From Camelus dromedarius (Eukaryota), in contig NC_087437.1 in NCBI RefSeq assembly GCF_036321535.1, positions 96,350,001 to 96,414,000 on the forward strand: a stretch of DNA of 64,000 nucleotides, given 5' to 3'. Under the pieces are notes generated by a model that worked only from the letters and a program-made list of their open reading frames with translations, was not told the origin of the DNA and did not search any database. Numbering within the stretch: the stretch's first letter is position 1; every line of letters begins with the position of its first letter. Positions 12,455 to 26,530 of the stretch are shown in pieces. The position numbers were made by a program, and so were the translations under genes.

Positions 12455-12935
12455 CAATTGCTTGCTAAAGCCAACTCATGCTGGGCTATAAGAGCTGATC
12501 ACTAAGTTTTCAGGTATTTTGTGAGTCTGTTGATAAATTACATACATTTACAATTGGTACTGAAGCTAAAAAAGTTTTCAGTTTGAAGAATATAATTTAT
12601 GCAGGAGTGAGAAATTGTTTAACAGTAGATTACATATTAGAGCCAATGACAATACACTTATTGGGAAAAGAATTAGCAGACTGGGATTCAACTCCATTTG
12701 GCGAATCATGGTTGAACTGCAATCAAAGATTGACTGCAGATTACAAGCATTTCACAAAAATCAATGAAAGCACTCTGAGATATGATATTTGTAATAAAAG
12801 GTATTATATATTTTATTATTTGTAAATTGTGTTGCACATCCTCTGCATCATTTAATTTATGATAAATAAATACTTATATACACACATTTTTTATTTTGGA
12901 GAATTATCTATTAAGTATTTACCAGCATATGTCTG
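12455..12935. mobile_element. MER63-like (hAT-Blackjack) DNA transposon
   Basis: gagctgatcactaagttttcaggtattttgtgagtctgttg at one end and attaagtatttaccagcatatgtctg at the other resemble MER63 ends. Confidence 0.7.
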
Positions 12936-13299
12936 ATTAATAGCCACTCCCTGCTAACATACACACACATATACAAAAGCAGTAACAATAACAAAACTTC
13001 AAAGATGCCCTCCGGGATGGTAAAAACTTCACAGCTTATTACTGACGGCTTTCCATAAAACCTTCATTTCCAAGCTTCCACAATACATTCATGTAGATCT
13101 CCAGCTCCCGTCACTGTTCTAGTCACCATTCAGCAAAGCTCTCCTACAAGTTTCAATCTCTAGCCTTTGCTCCTGCTACTTTTTCAGACTGAATTGATCT
13201 GTCTTCCTCCCCACCAGTCAATTTCTGCTCAACCTTCAAGAATCTGTTCAAGTCCTTCCTTCTCCACAGAATTTATTCAGAACTGCTAATCAATGTTGG

Positions 13300-13810
13300 C
13301 TTGGATTTCTAGGTATCATTCAGTTTCGATGCCACCATGTTTTCAGGCATAGGAATTGGATTATATGAAATACGTTTATTGTTCTCTGTTCCACTAATAG
13401 ACCCACTTGATCTAACCCCATGGTCATAGTCACAGCAGACCAGGGCAAGCTCTCACGCATAAGTTCTGCCATGTTAATCCACATTCTCTTTCTCTCTCCC
13501 CAAACTTATAGTAATGGGCACTGGAGCTAAGAGGCCATGATTTTGCAATTTGGATGAGGCTATTTCAAACCACAGGTAAGATGTGTAAACAGAGAGAGCA
13601 GCAAGGCACCAACATGCAGACAGAAACAGAGCACAGAGACAACTCTGTTTCTTACAGAAGACTACAACCTTGCTACTTTCAGCTTCACTTTCTGTCCTTG
13701 AATTTCATGAACTAATGGGAGCATCTGTGCCAATAAACCAGTTTTTTTACATGAGCAATTTTTAGCTGTTTTTTTTATTACTTGCAACCAAAAGATGCAT
13801 GAACAGAACA
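13300..13810 (+). mobile_element. MLT1 (ERVL-MaLR) LTR, old subfamily, apparently within an L2 fragment
   Basis: 3' end ccaataaacc...ttattacttgcaaccaaaagatgcatgaacagaaca is typical of MLT1; L2-like text on both sides. Confidence 0.6.
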
Positions 13811-15484
13811 AGACAGTAATGTCCTTGGTTCTCTGTACTTCACTGGATTCCCCTCAGACACCAGCAAAGTAAGATTTTATTAATTGATTGATTACATAAT
13901 GGAAGAATTTTCCATCAAGTGTGGGGTTGGGAGGAAACACTAGTTCACTACTATTAATGCCTATTCTCTGCTTTCTGACCAGTTGGGCCACAGTGATTGC
14001 TTCAACATATGTGGAAAAGCCTTAAAAAAAATAAGTTAGGTACATTTATGGGATGGTAATAAAATGTAGGTCTGGCCTGTTCCAAAAAATCATTGAATGG
14101 AGAAATTAATACAGGAAAGAGATTGCATTTGTGACCTTTCATTCTCCCACATGCAAGAGTAGTTGAGGATAATTTTAAATTCATACTTTGGGTTTAAACG
14201 GCTGATTTGGTTCATGATAGGATAGGATTCAAAAATTTGCTCTGTTGTCATATATGTTTCTCATATTTTAAGATTAGGCAAAATAAAGCATTCTCATAGA
14301 TTAAAAAATGCTTTGCTGATATAACTTTAGATTAGCATTCATTATTTGCTTGGCTCCATTCTAAAAGTAAGTCAAAATTCTATAATGGTTCTGACTTTCT
14401 CTTCTACAGATATACATTTTTCTTATTATACTGTTAAAATAAAAATCTCTGCATTAAAATTTCTTGATGTCATGCATATATGCATTATGCTATATGATCC
14501 TAGGGTGCAATGGACAAGTGTAAGTATTTCTTGTTATACAATTTTATCCAGTCATAGCAAAAACATAAAAATAAACACCATGGAAAAATAAGGACTGTTC
14601 TGAAAATGTTCACATGGACATTAAAATATTACTTAAGCTTTGATATGAATGCCTGAAACATAAAATATTTCCATCATCAGGTCTTACAGATCAGATCAGT
14701 TTCATACTATGTATCCATTAAATTTCAGAAACAAGTAAAATCACACACTTCCTATGGATCTAAGAGAAAAAGAGATCAGTCTTCTAAATTAACAGGGATA
14801 AGAAGTGTGTGTACTTGGGTAGATTGAAAAGGATGAGAATTTCAGTTAGAGGACTAAAACTGCATGTGCTTCAAGGCTAAGCTGCAATGATTTCTTATTA
14901 AAAAGGTAACATTCGTCTTGTTGTGCTTTCTTGGTAACACAATGTTTTCCTATTCCTGGAATGAGATATCACAGTAAAGATTTCAATGATAAGATAAATG
15001 CCAAGTATTTAATGAAAAACCAGCCCAGCTCAACTCTGCCAGAAGAAATGGCTCATGGCTGCCTGTAACTTAAAAATAGAATGTAAAATTACTCTTTTTA
15101 TATCAAGGATCAATGCAAGCTGAATAGTCAAAATTATTTCTCCTTATTAACCATTATCTTTAATGATTTATTGCATTCTTTATTGATAGTTTAAATTATT
15201 CCAGTGAGGTAATTAGCAGCCCTTGCAAACACAATGAAGCTGACTAAATGATTCAGGTGAGATGAGTCAGCAACGTACCAGGTGCACAAACTGCAAACCT
15301 TGCAGTTGGGAAAATTATGGTTTATGAATTAACAATTTGCTGTTATTTCCTTGTCTTTCCCTTGTTGCCAGCGGGAGCCAGCAGGCCATCCACTCAAGGC
15401 AATAGCTAGCTTTTCTTTATCCTGGGATTGGAACCTTTCGCTCCCCATGCGCTTATCCCAAACAATAACATTTAGTCCCGCTCA

Positions 15485-15690
15485 CAGGAGTTCAAATCCT
15501 AGCTCTACCACTTATGAGCTGCATGAATTTAAGCTAACTGTAAGCTCACCTCAGTTTCTTCACTTATAAAATGTAGATAATAATTGCACCCATCTCAGGG
15601 ATCTTGTGAGAATTAAAAGACATAATTGGTCGAGTGTTACAACACTGCCCAGCACATTATAAATACAACATATATTAGCTATTTTTATTA
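15485..15690 (+). mobile_element. MIR SINE
   Basis: gttcaaatcctagctctaccactta...cctcagtttcttcacttataaaatg...ttgtgagaattaaa MIR core. Confidence 0.85.
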
Positions 15691-16479
15691 TTAACTTGAC
15701 CCTGTCTTTTTATAGGAAACATCTATCGTCTGGCAATGTTTCTGTGAGATACAGCTTCACTAAGAGTGGCAGAAGGCAGCCACTGTCTGGCTAATCCCAA
15801 ATCCAGAGACTTTTATGGTTCCAAATCCTATACACACCTATAAGCCGGACTCACCTATTCCTCACATTCAGTATGACCTATTCAGTAATTTGGGCCACTT
15901 TCCTTGTAGCAATGGCATTTCCAGAGGTTTTAGCTCAGGGTTAAATTAAATGTTTAGCTCATTGTTAGTACATAATGAAAGGAGCAGATTCTTACGAGTG
16001 GACAGAGTTCAAATGTTTGGCAGATTTTCAATGAAAATCCTTAACCTGTATGAACTTTTGGAAGCTGAGTCGATCTTATTCCTATTTTTATTAGTTTCTT
16101 TTTACATTCATATACAGCTTTGTTGGAAGAAAAATTAACTGAATTAGTAAATTACTTGAATTTTTAAAGGTGACTTGAACACAGCTTTCTTCAGGTAAGC
16201 AAAACTCCCCCCGCCCCAACCTTTCCTTCCTTCCTCCCTTCCTATTCAAATAGCAGCAATTATTCTTTTCACTCCCTCGTGGTGTGTTTATGTGCTTATT
16301 TACATTATATATACATATGCACACTATACACAGATTCAAATAGGGTTTGATTTTTTCCTCTTATGATCAAGAGGAATTCTGCAACTTAAATTATCTATAT
16401 GTTCACCACAATGTTCAAATGCATTTCTCCCTTCTAACTCTCACTCTCGATTTCTAAACACCACGAAATGTCAAAATCG

Positions 16480-17385
16480 TACAAAGTGTCACAGCATGCA
16501 TGCAAAGCTGAACTCTCCTCCTCACCTGCCCCCCAAACCTGCTCACCACAATGGTCCCCATCTGTTGATAGCTCCTCCATCCATTCTGTTGCTGAAGTTA
16601 GAAGCCTGTGAGTGCTCCTGTGAGTTTCATTCTTCTACTTCACAAAGCCAGCACTACATCAAGTTCTCATGGCTCTCTCCCCGAAGTATTTCTAGAATCT
16701 GTTCATTTCAGTCTAGTTCCACTGTTATCATTCTAGCCCAATCCATCTTTACTTTTTATCTGAACAACTAAATGACTTCCTAACTGGCATTCCTATTTCT
16801 CTCCTCCTCCTTTCCAGTCCTTCCTCAATACAACAATCACAGGGATCTTTGAAAAATAAGGACTTCTCTATTTGACCTTTCATAGTTTCTCATCACACTA
16901 AGAATGACAACTTAGTCCTTAGCACACTTTGCTCCTGACCATCCCTTCTTCCTCACATCCCGTGTCCTCCCGCATCCCTCACTCATGAGTACTCTCACTG
17001 GTCCACCACAGGGTCTTCAGCTCACGAAGTTCTCACCTTAGGACCACTGCATATATGGTTTCACCTCCCAGCCTAGCACTTTCTCCCTGGCTTTAGTTTA
17101 TCACCTCAAGTCTCAGTTTATGTGTCAACTCCTCAGAGAAAACATCTCTGGCCACTGCTCCAAAATAGGACACCTTCCCAAACTATGTTTTATCATATCC
17201 ATTTACTTCCCTAAAAATACTTTCAGTGATTTGTACTGCATGTATTAATTTGTTATTTGATTGTTGATAATCTGTCTCTCCACTAATTCCGTAAGAGCAA
17301 AGACCATGGCTATCTTTTTTGCCACGTCATCCCTGACAGCTAGCACACTGCTGAATACATAGTGAGAACTCAATAAATGACTACG
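16480..17385 (+). mobile_element. L2 LINE 3' portion
   Basis: Pyrimidine-rich L2 body ending tagcacactgctgaatacatagtgagaactcaataaatg. Confidence 0.8.
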
Positions 17386-17743
17386 AGAATTAAAATGATT
17401 CAATACAGGAAACATTTACCAATTTGCCCTTCACTCCGATATCAGCCATGAGTATGAGTTAAGCTGACACATATACATAATTTTCAAAAGTAATATTCTT
17501 AAACCAGTTGATAAATATATATTTTGTTCCAATTCACAGTAATTGAGAGAGGCTACCTGTGGTGCCTTTTCTTAGGAGAATGTTAGAGACACACAGGAAG
17601 AAACCTTTTATTGGCTATGATGTCCTGTTGTGGAAAGGTGGGTACATGGTAGAAGATGACAAACCCTGAACTACACTGTCAACGGGGTGTTATTTTCCAC
17701 CAACTCCCTCCTAGCCCCCCCTCTTATGACTTCACACACAGAA

Positions 17744-17760
17744 ACACACACACACACACA
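17744..17760 (+). repeat. (AC)n microsatellite
   Basis: acacacacacacacaca. Confidence 0.9.
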
Positions 17761-18669
17761 GTGTTCATATTTCTTTCTAGTAAATATACAAAAGAAAACT
17801 AAATTCTCTAAGAAACCTCCTCAGTATTTTCTAAAGTTGATAGAAATAATTTGATGGGGATAAATAAAAAGCAAAAGAAGAAAAAAATAAACCTTTTCTA
17901 TTACCAAGTGGGGAAGGCCAGTTGTTTTAGCAATGTAGGAATACATTTATGGGTAAACCAAGTTTTAAAGTATGAGGTTATCATTCATTTTCAACCCTGT
18001 TCTAACTTTTAATGTGGACACAAATGGATATTATTTTTTCAACCCAGATGGGACAGTCTCTAAAATTTCACATATATTATTTTATATCAAAATCAGAAAG
18101 GGTGCAAGAACCTATCCCATGACTAAAACTGTATACTTTCTAATGACTTAAGAATAACCACTGCCTAATATAATATTCTCTTTGCTAGATTTTCTCTGCA
18201 TATTTTAGACCTTCCTGCCTCAATGTTTTACTCACACCATTCCACTCACATTCTTCCATTTCCTCCACCAAAGTTCTGCCCCTCTTTCAAGATTAGATTT
18301 AGTTCTACAAAATTTCCACTGATCATCGCTGCCTGGGGTTATCCCAGAGTTAATATTTTTTTGCTTAAATATCTGTGCCAATTATTTCCCAAGTATTAGA
18401 GATACCGGTATTGAAGGCAAAATCAAGCTGGTATAGAATAAGATAGGCAATTAGGAGGCACAGATATTCAAGTAAATAAATATATTATAGATGATTTTAA
18501 TATCTTGCTTGTTCTATCTTAGCTCTAACTCAGCTCTTAAAGAACCATGAATAACTCTTTTTTTTTTTTTCTGAGACTGTTTTCTCATTTGTAAAATGAG
18601 AGGCAGAAGTAAAAGGTCTACAAGATCTCCCCCAGTTAAAATATACATTGTCATTTAACTATTAATACA

Positions 18670-19030
18670 CTCATTCATTCAGCACTTTCTTAGCTCTTGC
18701 TACACACCAATCAAGTTAATAAGCTCTATGGACACAAATATGTTATGACATTACCCTGGAGGAATTATTTTTCAGGAAGGACCAGGGTGGAGTAGGGGTA
18801 TATGAAATTATGGACCATCGGCTATATCCACACACTGAAGTGTTTTAAAAGTAAGAGGTGTGTAATCAGTAATGCAGTGTCTAACTCATTCTGTGAATTT
18901 CAGGAAAGATACTCAGAACATACAGTGCTATAGCTGAGATTGTACAGATGAAAAGCAGGTGTTCAGACAAAGTAGTGAAGGATTTTCCAGGCAGAGGGAC
19001 CAATAAAGACAGGCACAGAGCTGAGGTAGA
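18670..19030 (-). mobile_element. L2 fragment
   Basis: tcattcattcagcac tail motif and ttccaggcagagggacc...aggcacagag. Confidence 0.55.
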
Positions 19031-20868
19031 GTGGGCTATTAGGTGAAATTATGGTACATTTGGAGTTATATTAGGTCAAACACAGTTGAAAATGGACAAT
19101 TTCATATGTTTGGACCTAGTATAACCTTAACAATTATTTACTTTAAACTTTTACTTACGGTATTTGCTGCTCTGTACGTTGCATGCATATCTTCATTTTG
19201 CAATTATTTTGAAAGCTTGTGGCATGAAAGGGCCATTTATTATATAAGAATGTCATTGAATCAGACATAGTAGCTTCTCAATAAACATGAATATTAACAT
19301 GACATGATAATCCAGTTAGACCTTAAAAAATAATTTATCTGAATGACATACAGCCTAGTAAGGTTAAAGAAATCCTGTTATGAAACAACCTCATCTACTT
19401 AACTACCATATATTTTAATGATTTTTTTGCTTAATAAGTAATAAAAAAGTTATTTATATCAGCATAGCATTTGATTGCATCTAATCTGAGGAAATCTGTT
19501 TTTTTTTAAAATCATTTAACCTCTAGATTGCACAATTCTGACTGCCACAGAGAATATACTTCCCTACATATGGGGCACCTGGGAATTGGTAAATAATGAA
19601 AAATAGTAATTTACATAAAAGACCCAATGATAGCCTTCCCGTGGCATATCATTTCCCTAAAAGTGAGCAAAGTGTTTTATTCAAAGGGTACTTGAGTATT
19701 CATAAAATGAGGGCACATTATTTTCTAAGCCTTCTACGCTTTTATAAAAAGTCATATAATTATACAATGATAGGCTGACACAGTCATGAAAAATAGGTGC
19801 ATATCACTGTGAGTGTCCAAGTGGTGTCACATGCTTCAGTAATAAAGATAAAGCAACTGAATGAGGGGAGGTCAGAAAAATGCAAAGAAACACTTTAGGC
19901 AAGTTTCACAGGAAAATAGTAAGATAATAATTTTTAAATCCATACTTGAAATGCATTTCTATTTGAATAATTCTTTAGTTCAATTCTTTAGTTTAGTTTT
20001 TGACACAGCAGTTTGGAAAAGATTGATTCCAGAGTCATCCTTCTATCTTAGGAGGATATGGCAAAGACATTTGAAAAAAAAAAAAAGTGTGCTAAATGCC
20101 CACCATGTGCAAAATTTGTGCCAGGAACAGCTTAAGATGCAAAGATAACCAAGACATAATCACCTTGTAGAGCAGAAAGATACGTATTAGCTATAAATGC
20201 CTTCTTAGCTTTCGCAGCTATCTCTAGGGAAGATTGTCTTAACACCAAAAGATATAACGGGTATAGCAGGGAAGTAAAAGTTGTAAAGTATCAAACACAA
20301 GAACTCGCCAATTCCCTATATTATTCTGCACCAACTCAATTTTCTCTTCAGATACCAGAATCATAAAAGTGCACACAGGCTGCTAGGCAGTCACACTAAC
20401 ATTGCAACCAGGTAAATGGCGTCTTCACTTCTGTGACTAGTGTGCTGATCTGGCATTTTCCATGGCGCTGCCTCAGCATTTACAATCACCAGAAGAGCAT
20501 AAAGCAAAGTGCCTATTAAACACAAGAATGCAAATCAGCACAGGGATCTAATTTTTCATGATATTATTTTTAATTCACTCAAATGAATTTTGAACTCCAC
20601 ATTAGAAGAGTCTAAATTAATGGCATTAATGTATAAAGGGAGGTAGCATCTTTTAGTATCAGATATTGTTTTTTAAACTTAAAAATTATTTAAGATTTAT
20701 ATAATTTGCTCATTATGATGAAATTTTTACTTAAACTACTGAAAATGAGAGAATCAATGAATTATTGTTAAACCCTACTGGTCCACTTTAATTTTTCTAT
20801 TTCTACTTGTCTTTCTCACCTTTTATATCTACTTCAATTAACTTGTTTCTACAGAAGTTTAAAAAAAA

Positions 20869-21040
20869 TTTTTTTTTATTGAAGTACAGTCAGTTACAGT
20901 GCATCAGTTTCTGGTGTACAGCACAATGTCCCAGTCATGCATATACATACATATATTTGTTTTCATATTCTTTTTCATTAAAGGTTATTATAAGATTGAA
21001 TATAGTTCCCTGTGCTATATAGAAGACTTTTTTTTAATTT
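20869..21040 (-). mobile_element. L1 3' end, similar subfamily to 4061-4356
   Basis: tttattgaagtacagtcagttacag...cagcacaatgtcccagtcat is close to the reverse complement of 4275-4339. Confidence 0.88.
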
Positions 21041-22643
21041 TAGAGTTTTTAACAGTATTATGATGCTCACTAATTCAATGCTTTTGATGATTAAAATCTG
21101 AGGCCCATTAAAAATGTATATACACAGAGCATTTGCCTGCAATTATTAAGTAAAATTTTGTGTTGTTTTCTACTCATTCTTATGATATTATATGAGCTAA
21201 TCTTTACAAAGCATTAATCCTCCATCATTATAGAAATATTCTTACAAACAAATTCATACTGATGTTGCATTATCCTCTGTACAATGTCATTACAGCATAA
21301 TGTTGAAGATGGTGACAGAAAATAAAAGATGCTCTACATGGTGAGATTGGGTAAAATGAAAGAAAAGTTGAAAGTTCTCTGGATGTTTGTCATGATGTAG
21401 ATATTAATGGGATGGATACTTGTATAAAGCACAAATCTAGCAAAATAATACAATTAAAAAAACAGATAATACTAAATATTTACACACAACAAATGCCCTG
21501 TGACATTTCACATCTTCCACAAAATCACCCTGTTTTATAGATTTCAACACTAAGGCTCAGAGGGGCAAAAGAGCATGCCCATGGGGCAAATTATGGTGGA
21601 GGCCACCTTCCATCTTGCATCTGTGTGATTAGAAAGCCTATGATTGATTGTTTATGTTCTATGTTATACTGTCTTGTCTTGTAGACTATTTTTAAGAGAC
21701 TGAGGTGGGAAGAAGGGTGAGTTGAAAATTCTAATGGCAGTCTAATTTTTAGTTTGTAGGACACATATAACTATGTTAAAGGTAAATTGTCTATATGGAA
21801 AAAGTGCATCTAAACGTTCTTAGAGTAGACTAAGGTAATAACGTAGCCTCAGAGTACAGTGATGTAGCATGCAATAAGGGACAGGGTTTAGAATACTTTG
21901 TTTTCCAAACTTATGTCTCCAAACCTTCTCCTCTCTTCATTTTAGAGGAGCATTTCCAAATCAATGGAATCTGTTAGCCTGAAAGGGACCTCAAGCACAA
22001 CAGGAGTTAACAAATGGGACGTATTTTCTATATGAATATCTGACTAGTTTAATTTCCTTTTAAAAACTGAATCAGAGTGACAGACAACACATTTGGTAAA
22101 GCTTCAATCCTGCCTATTTGGCTGAAATCATTACAGGAGCAGATGGCTTTTATTCTGTTGGACGTTTCCCAGTTATACAGCTGCTAAATGGGAAGTAAAG
22201 AGAGCAGCCACTCCCAGAAGGATGTGTGCCCAGGAAATTTGGCCCATTGGCCAATCCCATGAAATGTGAAGGCTTCTTTCTGAATAGCAAGAGACAGACC
22301 AAAATCTACCTTTTAATTTTATTTTATTTTGAGAGACACACCATACATTACCATATGCACACACATACATAGGCTTTTTAAAAGTATTTTTTAAATGACT
22401 TTTCAAACATATTGATTTGATTAACAAAAAGTAGCCTGTAAAATAGTTACCTTAAATATTTACATACTACAACGCCTTAGAATTGGAAATATATGGAACC
22501 ACTGCAGGCTCAGATTACACTTTCATTTTGTGACCTTCTCTTCCATCTAATTAACACCATCTTTTTATATCAGATTCAATTAAAAATAAGGAAATTTTTT
22601 TAAATGGGGAGAAATACTTTGAATACTCACATTAAATGTAAAT

Positions 22644-22835
22644 CAGTGGTTCTTAGGAGTTTAATATTAAAGAATTATCCTGGATACTTGTTAAAAATGC
22701 AGTTTGCCTCAACCTGTTCCCTGAGATGTAGATTCTGAAGGTGTAGTTTTGGGCATAGTAATCTTATTTAATTTCTAATTATTTCTCCAATCCCCATTTT
22801 CACGAAGACCATACAGAGATCATACTCCAGAAATA
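22644..22835. mobile_element. MER5-like hAT-Charlie element
   Basis: cagtggttctt...cttgttaaaaatgcag...gattctgaaggtgtag. Confidence 0.55.
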
Positions 22836-23294
22836 AAGGCAAGTCAAAAACTTCAGTCCTAGTATAGAAATAAAAGTCATTTTAGAAGAGTTCTTGATTT
22901 CATTTCCTTTTTAACAAATATCAATTTATTTGTAATGACATTTCATGTTAACCTCTACTTTACCAGATAAAACTTTCAATATCAAACAGTAGAGTTTCAA
23001 AGCCATGTGTACTATAGCTTTTATTTTTATTGTCATAGTAAATGGCCACCTATTATTTTTATATTGTGGGATGGGTTTTGTTGCAGACTGCAGAAGCAGA
23101 AAGTGCTCCAAATTGGGTTGTTTATAATAAACAGAGTTCCATTTCCTCTGTCACATACCACACTGTCATTATAACATTTATGTCCATGTATTGTTTCTTT
23201 TTTCAATTTTCATAGTAATATACGTTCTCACATTCAATTTGTTTTATTATTACTCTGCTTATCACATGTAAGTATTTACAGATACCATCATTAA

Positions 23295-23437
23295 TTAAAC
23301 GTTTTATGCCTCAGTTTTCTAATCTCTACTAAGAACATGCTAGTACTACCATTAAGGTGAGGATTAAATGAGATAATATATGTGAAATATTTATCTGTGT
23401 GCAATACATGATAGCTATTGTTAGTAACATTTATTGT
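23295..23437 (+). mobile_element. MIR SINE 3' half
   Basis: gcctcagttttctaatct...gtgaggattaaatgagataatatatgtgaaa. Confidence 0.8.
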
Positions 23438-23624
23438 TAGTCTGTCAGATAGGTCAATGTAGCTCTGTAAGCTGACAAAGTATGACTGAAGCTTTCTACG
23501 ATAGGACATTACCGAAACTGCACGTACGACTGTTGTTTCCCTTGAAGATCTTTACAGTGTCTGCCTATTTCCCTTCCAGAAATAAACGAAAACAATAAAG
23601 AGTGAGAAACTGTTATTTTTCAAG

Positions 23625-23776
23625 GGTAAGGCTGGGGCAACTTCTCCCTTAGAGCCTGTAGAAGAAACCGAACCTTGCTTTGGACTTCTGACCTCTGTAA
23701 CAGAGGGGGAATGCGTTTCTGTTTTGAGCCACCCAGTTTAAGCTAACCTGTACCGGTAGTCCCAGGAAACAAATAC
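23625..23776 (+). mobile_element. MLT1 LTR 3' fragment
   Basis: ttctcccttagagcctgtagaagaaacc...ttggacttctgacctc...tttctgttttgagccacccagttt...ccaggaaacaaatac. Confidence 0.8.
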
Positions 23777-24189
23777 TCTCATTACTCCCATTACTTCCCC
23801 AACCCTCTTTTCCCACCTATAAAGAGCTCTTCCTTCTTCCTTCATGGCATATGGACCACCTCTAGTGAAGCTTTCTTGATTCCTTCATCATTTTTTCTTG
23901 GTGCTCTCACAGTTTACACTCTTTTTAAATTCTATAACAGAAAGTACTAGATTGCACCTCGTTCTGTTGTGTAAAAGTCTCTATTATATTACTAGTTCAT
24001 GGAAAAGGTAGGTTGAGCTTCTCCTTTCTAAATCTCGTAACTCCTAGTAAAACAATAATTAGCACAGAAGCGTCAGCCATATCAATGCATGAATCACAAT
24101 ATTTTTCTTTACGGCACTTAAAGAGATTTAGGGTCAAACAATATTTGGAGTTGTGACTCTCCAGGAAAAACAAACAAAAAAAGAGAGCC

Positions 24190-24255
24190 TTAAGTTTGTT
24201 TTTTATGTCCATGAGTCTATTTCTGTTTTGTAAATAAGTTCTTTTGTATCATTTA
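24190..24255 (-). mobile_element. Short L1 3'UTR fragment
   Basis: tttatgtccatgagtctatttctgttttgtaaataagttcttttgtatc mirrors 46632-46690. Confidence 0.7.
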
Positions 24256-25699
24256 TATATTTGAAATATATGTGAACATGATAGAATAAATTGTAAATTG
24301 CAAAATTTAGAATAATTAAGTCAATTCTAAGATATCTTTGGTAATTTGAGCCATGATTAATAAAAATGCTTTATAATTAAAAAGGCTACTACTTATATCT
24401 GCAATAAAAATGTACACTTGCTTTGGGATATGGATGTAGCCAGAAAGTTGGAAAGTAAGAATATAGTTCAAAAAACCAAGAAGTTGATTAGAAAAGCAAC
24501 AGAAGTGCCAGAAAGTCCACTGTGATTTTTTCATATTCTTCTCTGCAGGTGAGAAAACCACATAAGAATGTTAGTTTCAGTAGGCTACTAACATTGTTCA
24601 AGGTAAGATTAAAAAAACAAAAGGGGGAGGGGGTAGAAACAAGGCTCACCTGTTACTTCAGTTTGTACATTTATTAATTTTTTCTTTTATCTTTTCTGCT
24701 GTCCCCAAAACACTTTAAGCAAATAATAGTCATTTACCTAAAAAAAATTAAAACTAAAAAAAATATTTTAAACACATAAAAGGAGAAAATTACAAATATA
24801 TCAATGACAAATGCAATTAATGTATTTGCTATGGTTATGCGTTAAGTTTAACCAAGTTTCCAGGGGAAAAAAGCATTGCATTGGATATATATTATCTCAC
24901 AATAAAAAATGATACTAGTAAATTCATGTGATAATCTACCTGTTGTTGGTACCATTTTCTGAGTATCAATATTATGATAGTGTAGTTTGAAAACACAAGA
25001 AAATGTCATGGCATATCATGCATTCTTTAGTCTTTTAAAGAACACATTTGCTAGTTTTTGAAATTTTATAATATATTAAATCCATAGACTAGAAAGGTAC
25101 AAATCAATGAGGTCTTTGAGGATTGGTCAAATAAGCATTCTATTCTGTCATTAAATGGTCTTGGTGTATAATTAATGGCTTGGGCAATGCAATTGGGAGC
25201 TTGATGCATTTATTATGTATGTTTTTTTGAAGTTCTTAGAAATCTTAAAACTATACCCCAAAGCATTTTCCACTGGGCACACAACCTAGAAAGAAAACAG
25301 TATCTCCAAGCAGATTGCTCCTCTCCTTACGGTGTATTACTTTACGATTTCCCTTCTAACCATCTTTCTGGTTCTTTTTTAATCAATGGACTGATTTAAT
25401 GTGAAAAGAACATAACAAAGAAGAAAGTAAAATATTTCTGGCACATTTTATAACTCACAAAAAAAATTTCAATCAAGAAAATGTGGTTACCCTGCACTAA
25501 AAAATATTGGGAATCTTTCGTTTTGCTCAGTATGTAATGAATTTGTCTTTAGCACTGAATGCCCTTCACATCATTTTAATTGCACCTAATTATTGCTATT
25601 TTTTCCTTCTTTTGTTGAGTTCAAATGATAAATCCAATGTCCACTAAAGGGAGGAAAGATGTCAGAGAAACAAATTCCAGACTTTCCAGCTGCTTGAAA

Positions 25700-26530
25700 T
25701 TATCTAACACTCAACATGAACATAATGAACTCATTATGTTTGCTCACCCCCTGACCAAAACTGCCCATCCTCAGTATTCTATATCTTGACAAGTGACATC
25801 AAAGTGTAACTTTTACCCCAAATAGAGCCTCGTAGTCATTGTTACATGCTCTCTTACTTTCCAAATATGTCTCAAAGTCCTGTTTTTCTTCCCCTAGAAA
25901 AACACATTAGGATCTATGCACTTCTCTCAATCATTATTGCCATTTCTTTTGTCTTTTCCTTACTATGTTTTGCCTGGCTATTTCAGGGTACACTTAATGG
26001 TTTACAATCTTCAATTTTTTTCTGATACAGCTACCAGGTTTGTCACTATAATACAGACATGACTGTCACCATTGATGTTTAGAGAATAATATCCACACAC
26101 ACTCCTTAGCATAAGATCCATTCTTATGCTCCATCAATATGACTCTAATCTACCTGCCTAGGCTTAACGCCTGCCTCTCCCTTTGTTTCAGTAATTTTCA
26201 AAGCCATAACTTTGCTTTCCCATAACTCCCAGGCCAAGTGGAGCATTTGCTCTTCTGTTCTCCTGTAACACTGCTTATTTCTCTAGTTCAGCACTTAAAA
26301 CATCTGATACTAATTACAATAATTGCAAACATATGCCCTGAATATCCCTGGATGGCCCTCATGTTAAATATTCTCTTCTATTGTCAGCCCAAGGGTGGGA
26401 TCATCAGTCCCGATTTTTATTTAGAAAATATGGTCACCATACTTTGGGGCTTCTCCCACCAGATAGGTAGCTCCCTGAAGGCAGGGGTGGGGTCTTAGTA
26501 ATCATGAATACTCAATGCTTCATTGTTTAA
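25700..26530 (+). mobile_element. L2 fragment
   Basis: ctcaacatg...aatgaactcatt start and gctccctgaaggcagggg near the end. Confidence 0.6.

Noticed and set aside
12583..12825. 80-aa ORF inside a DNA transposon
   Set aside because: It lies in a degenerate non-autonomous MER63-like element and shows no transposase motif I can recognise
20452..20472. RE1/REST-like sequence (minus strand GGCAGCGCCATGGAAAATGCC)
   Set aside because: Mismatches fall in both core half-sites (CAGCACC and GGACAG)
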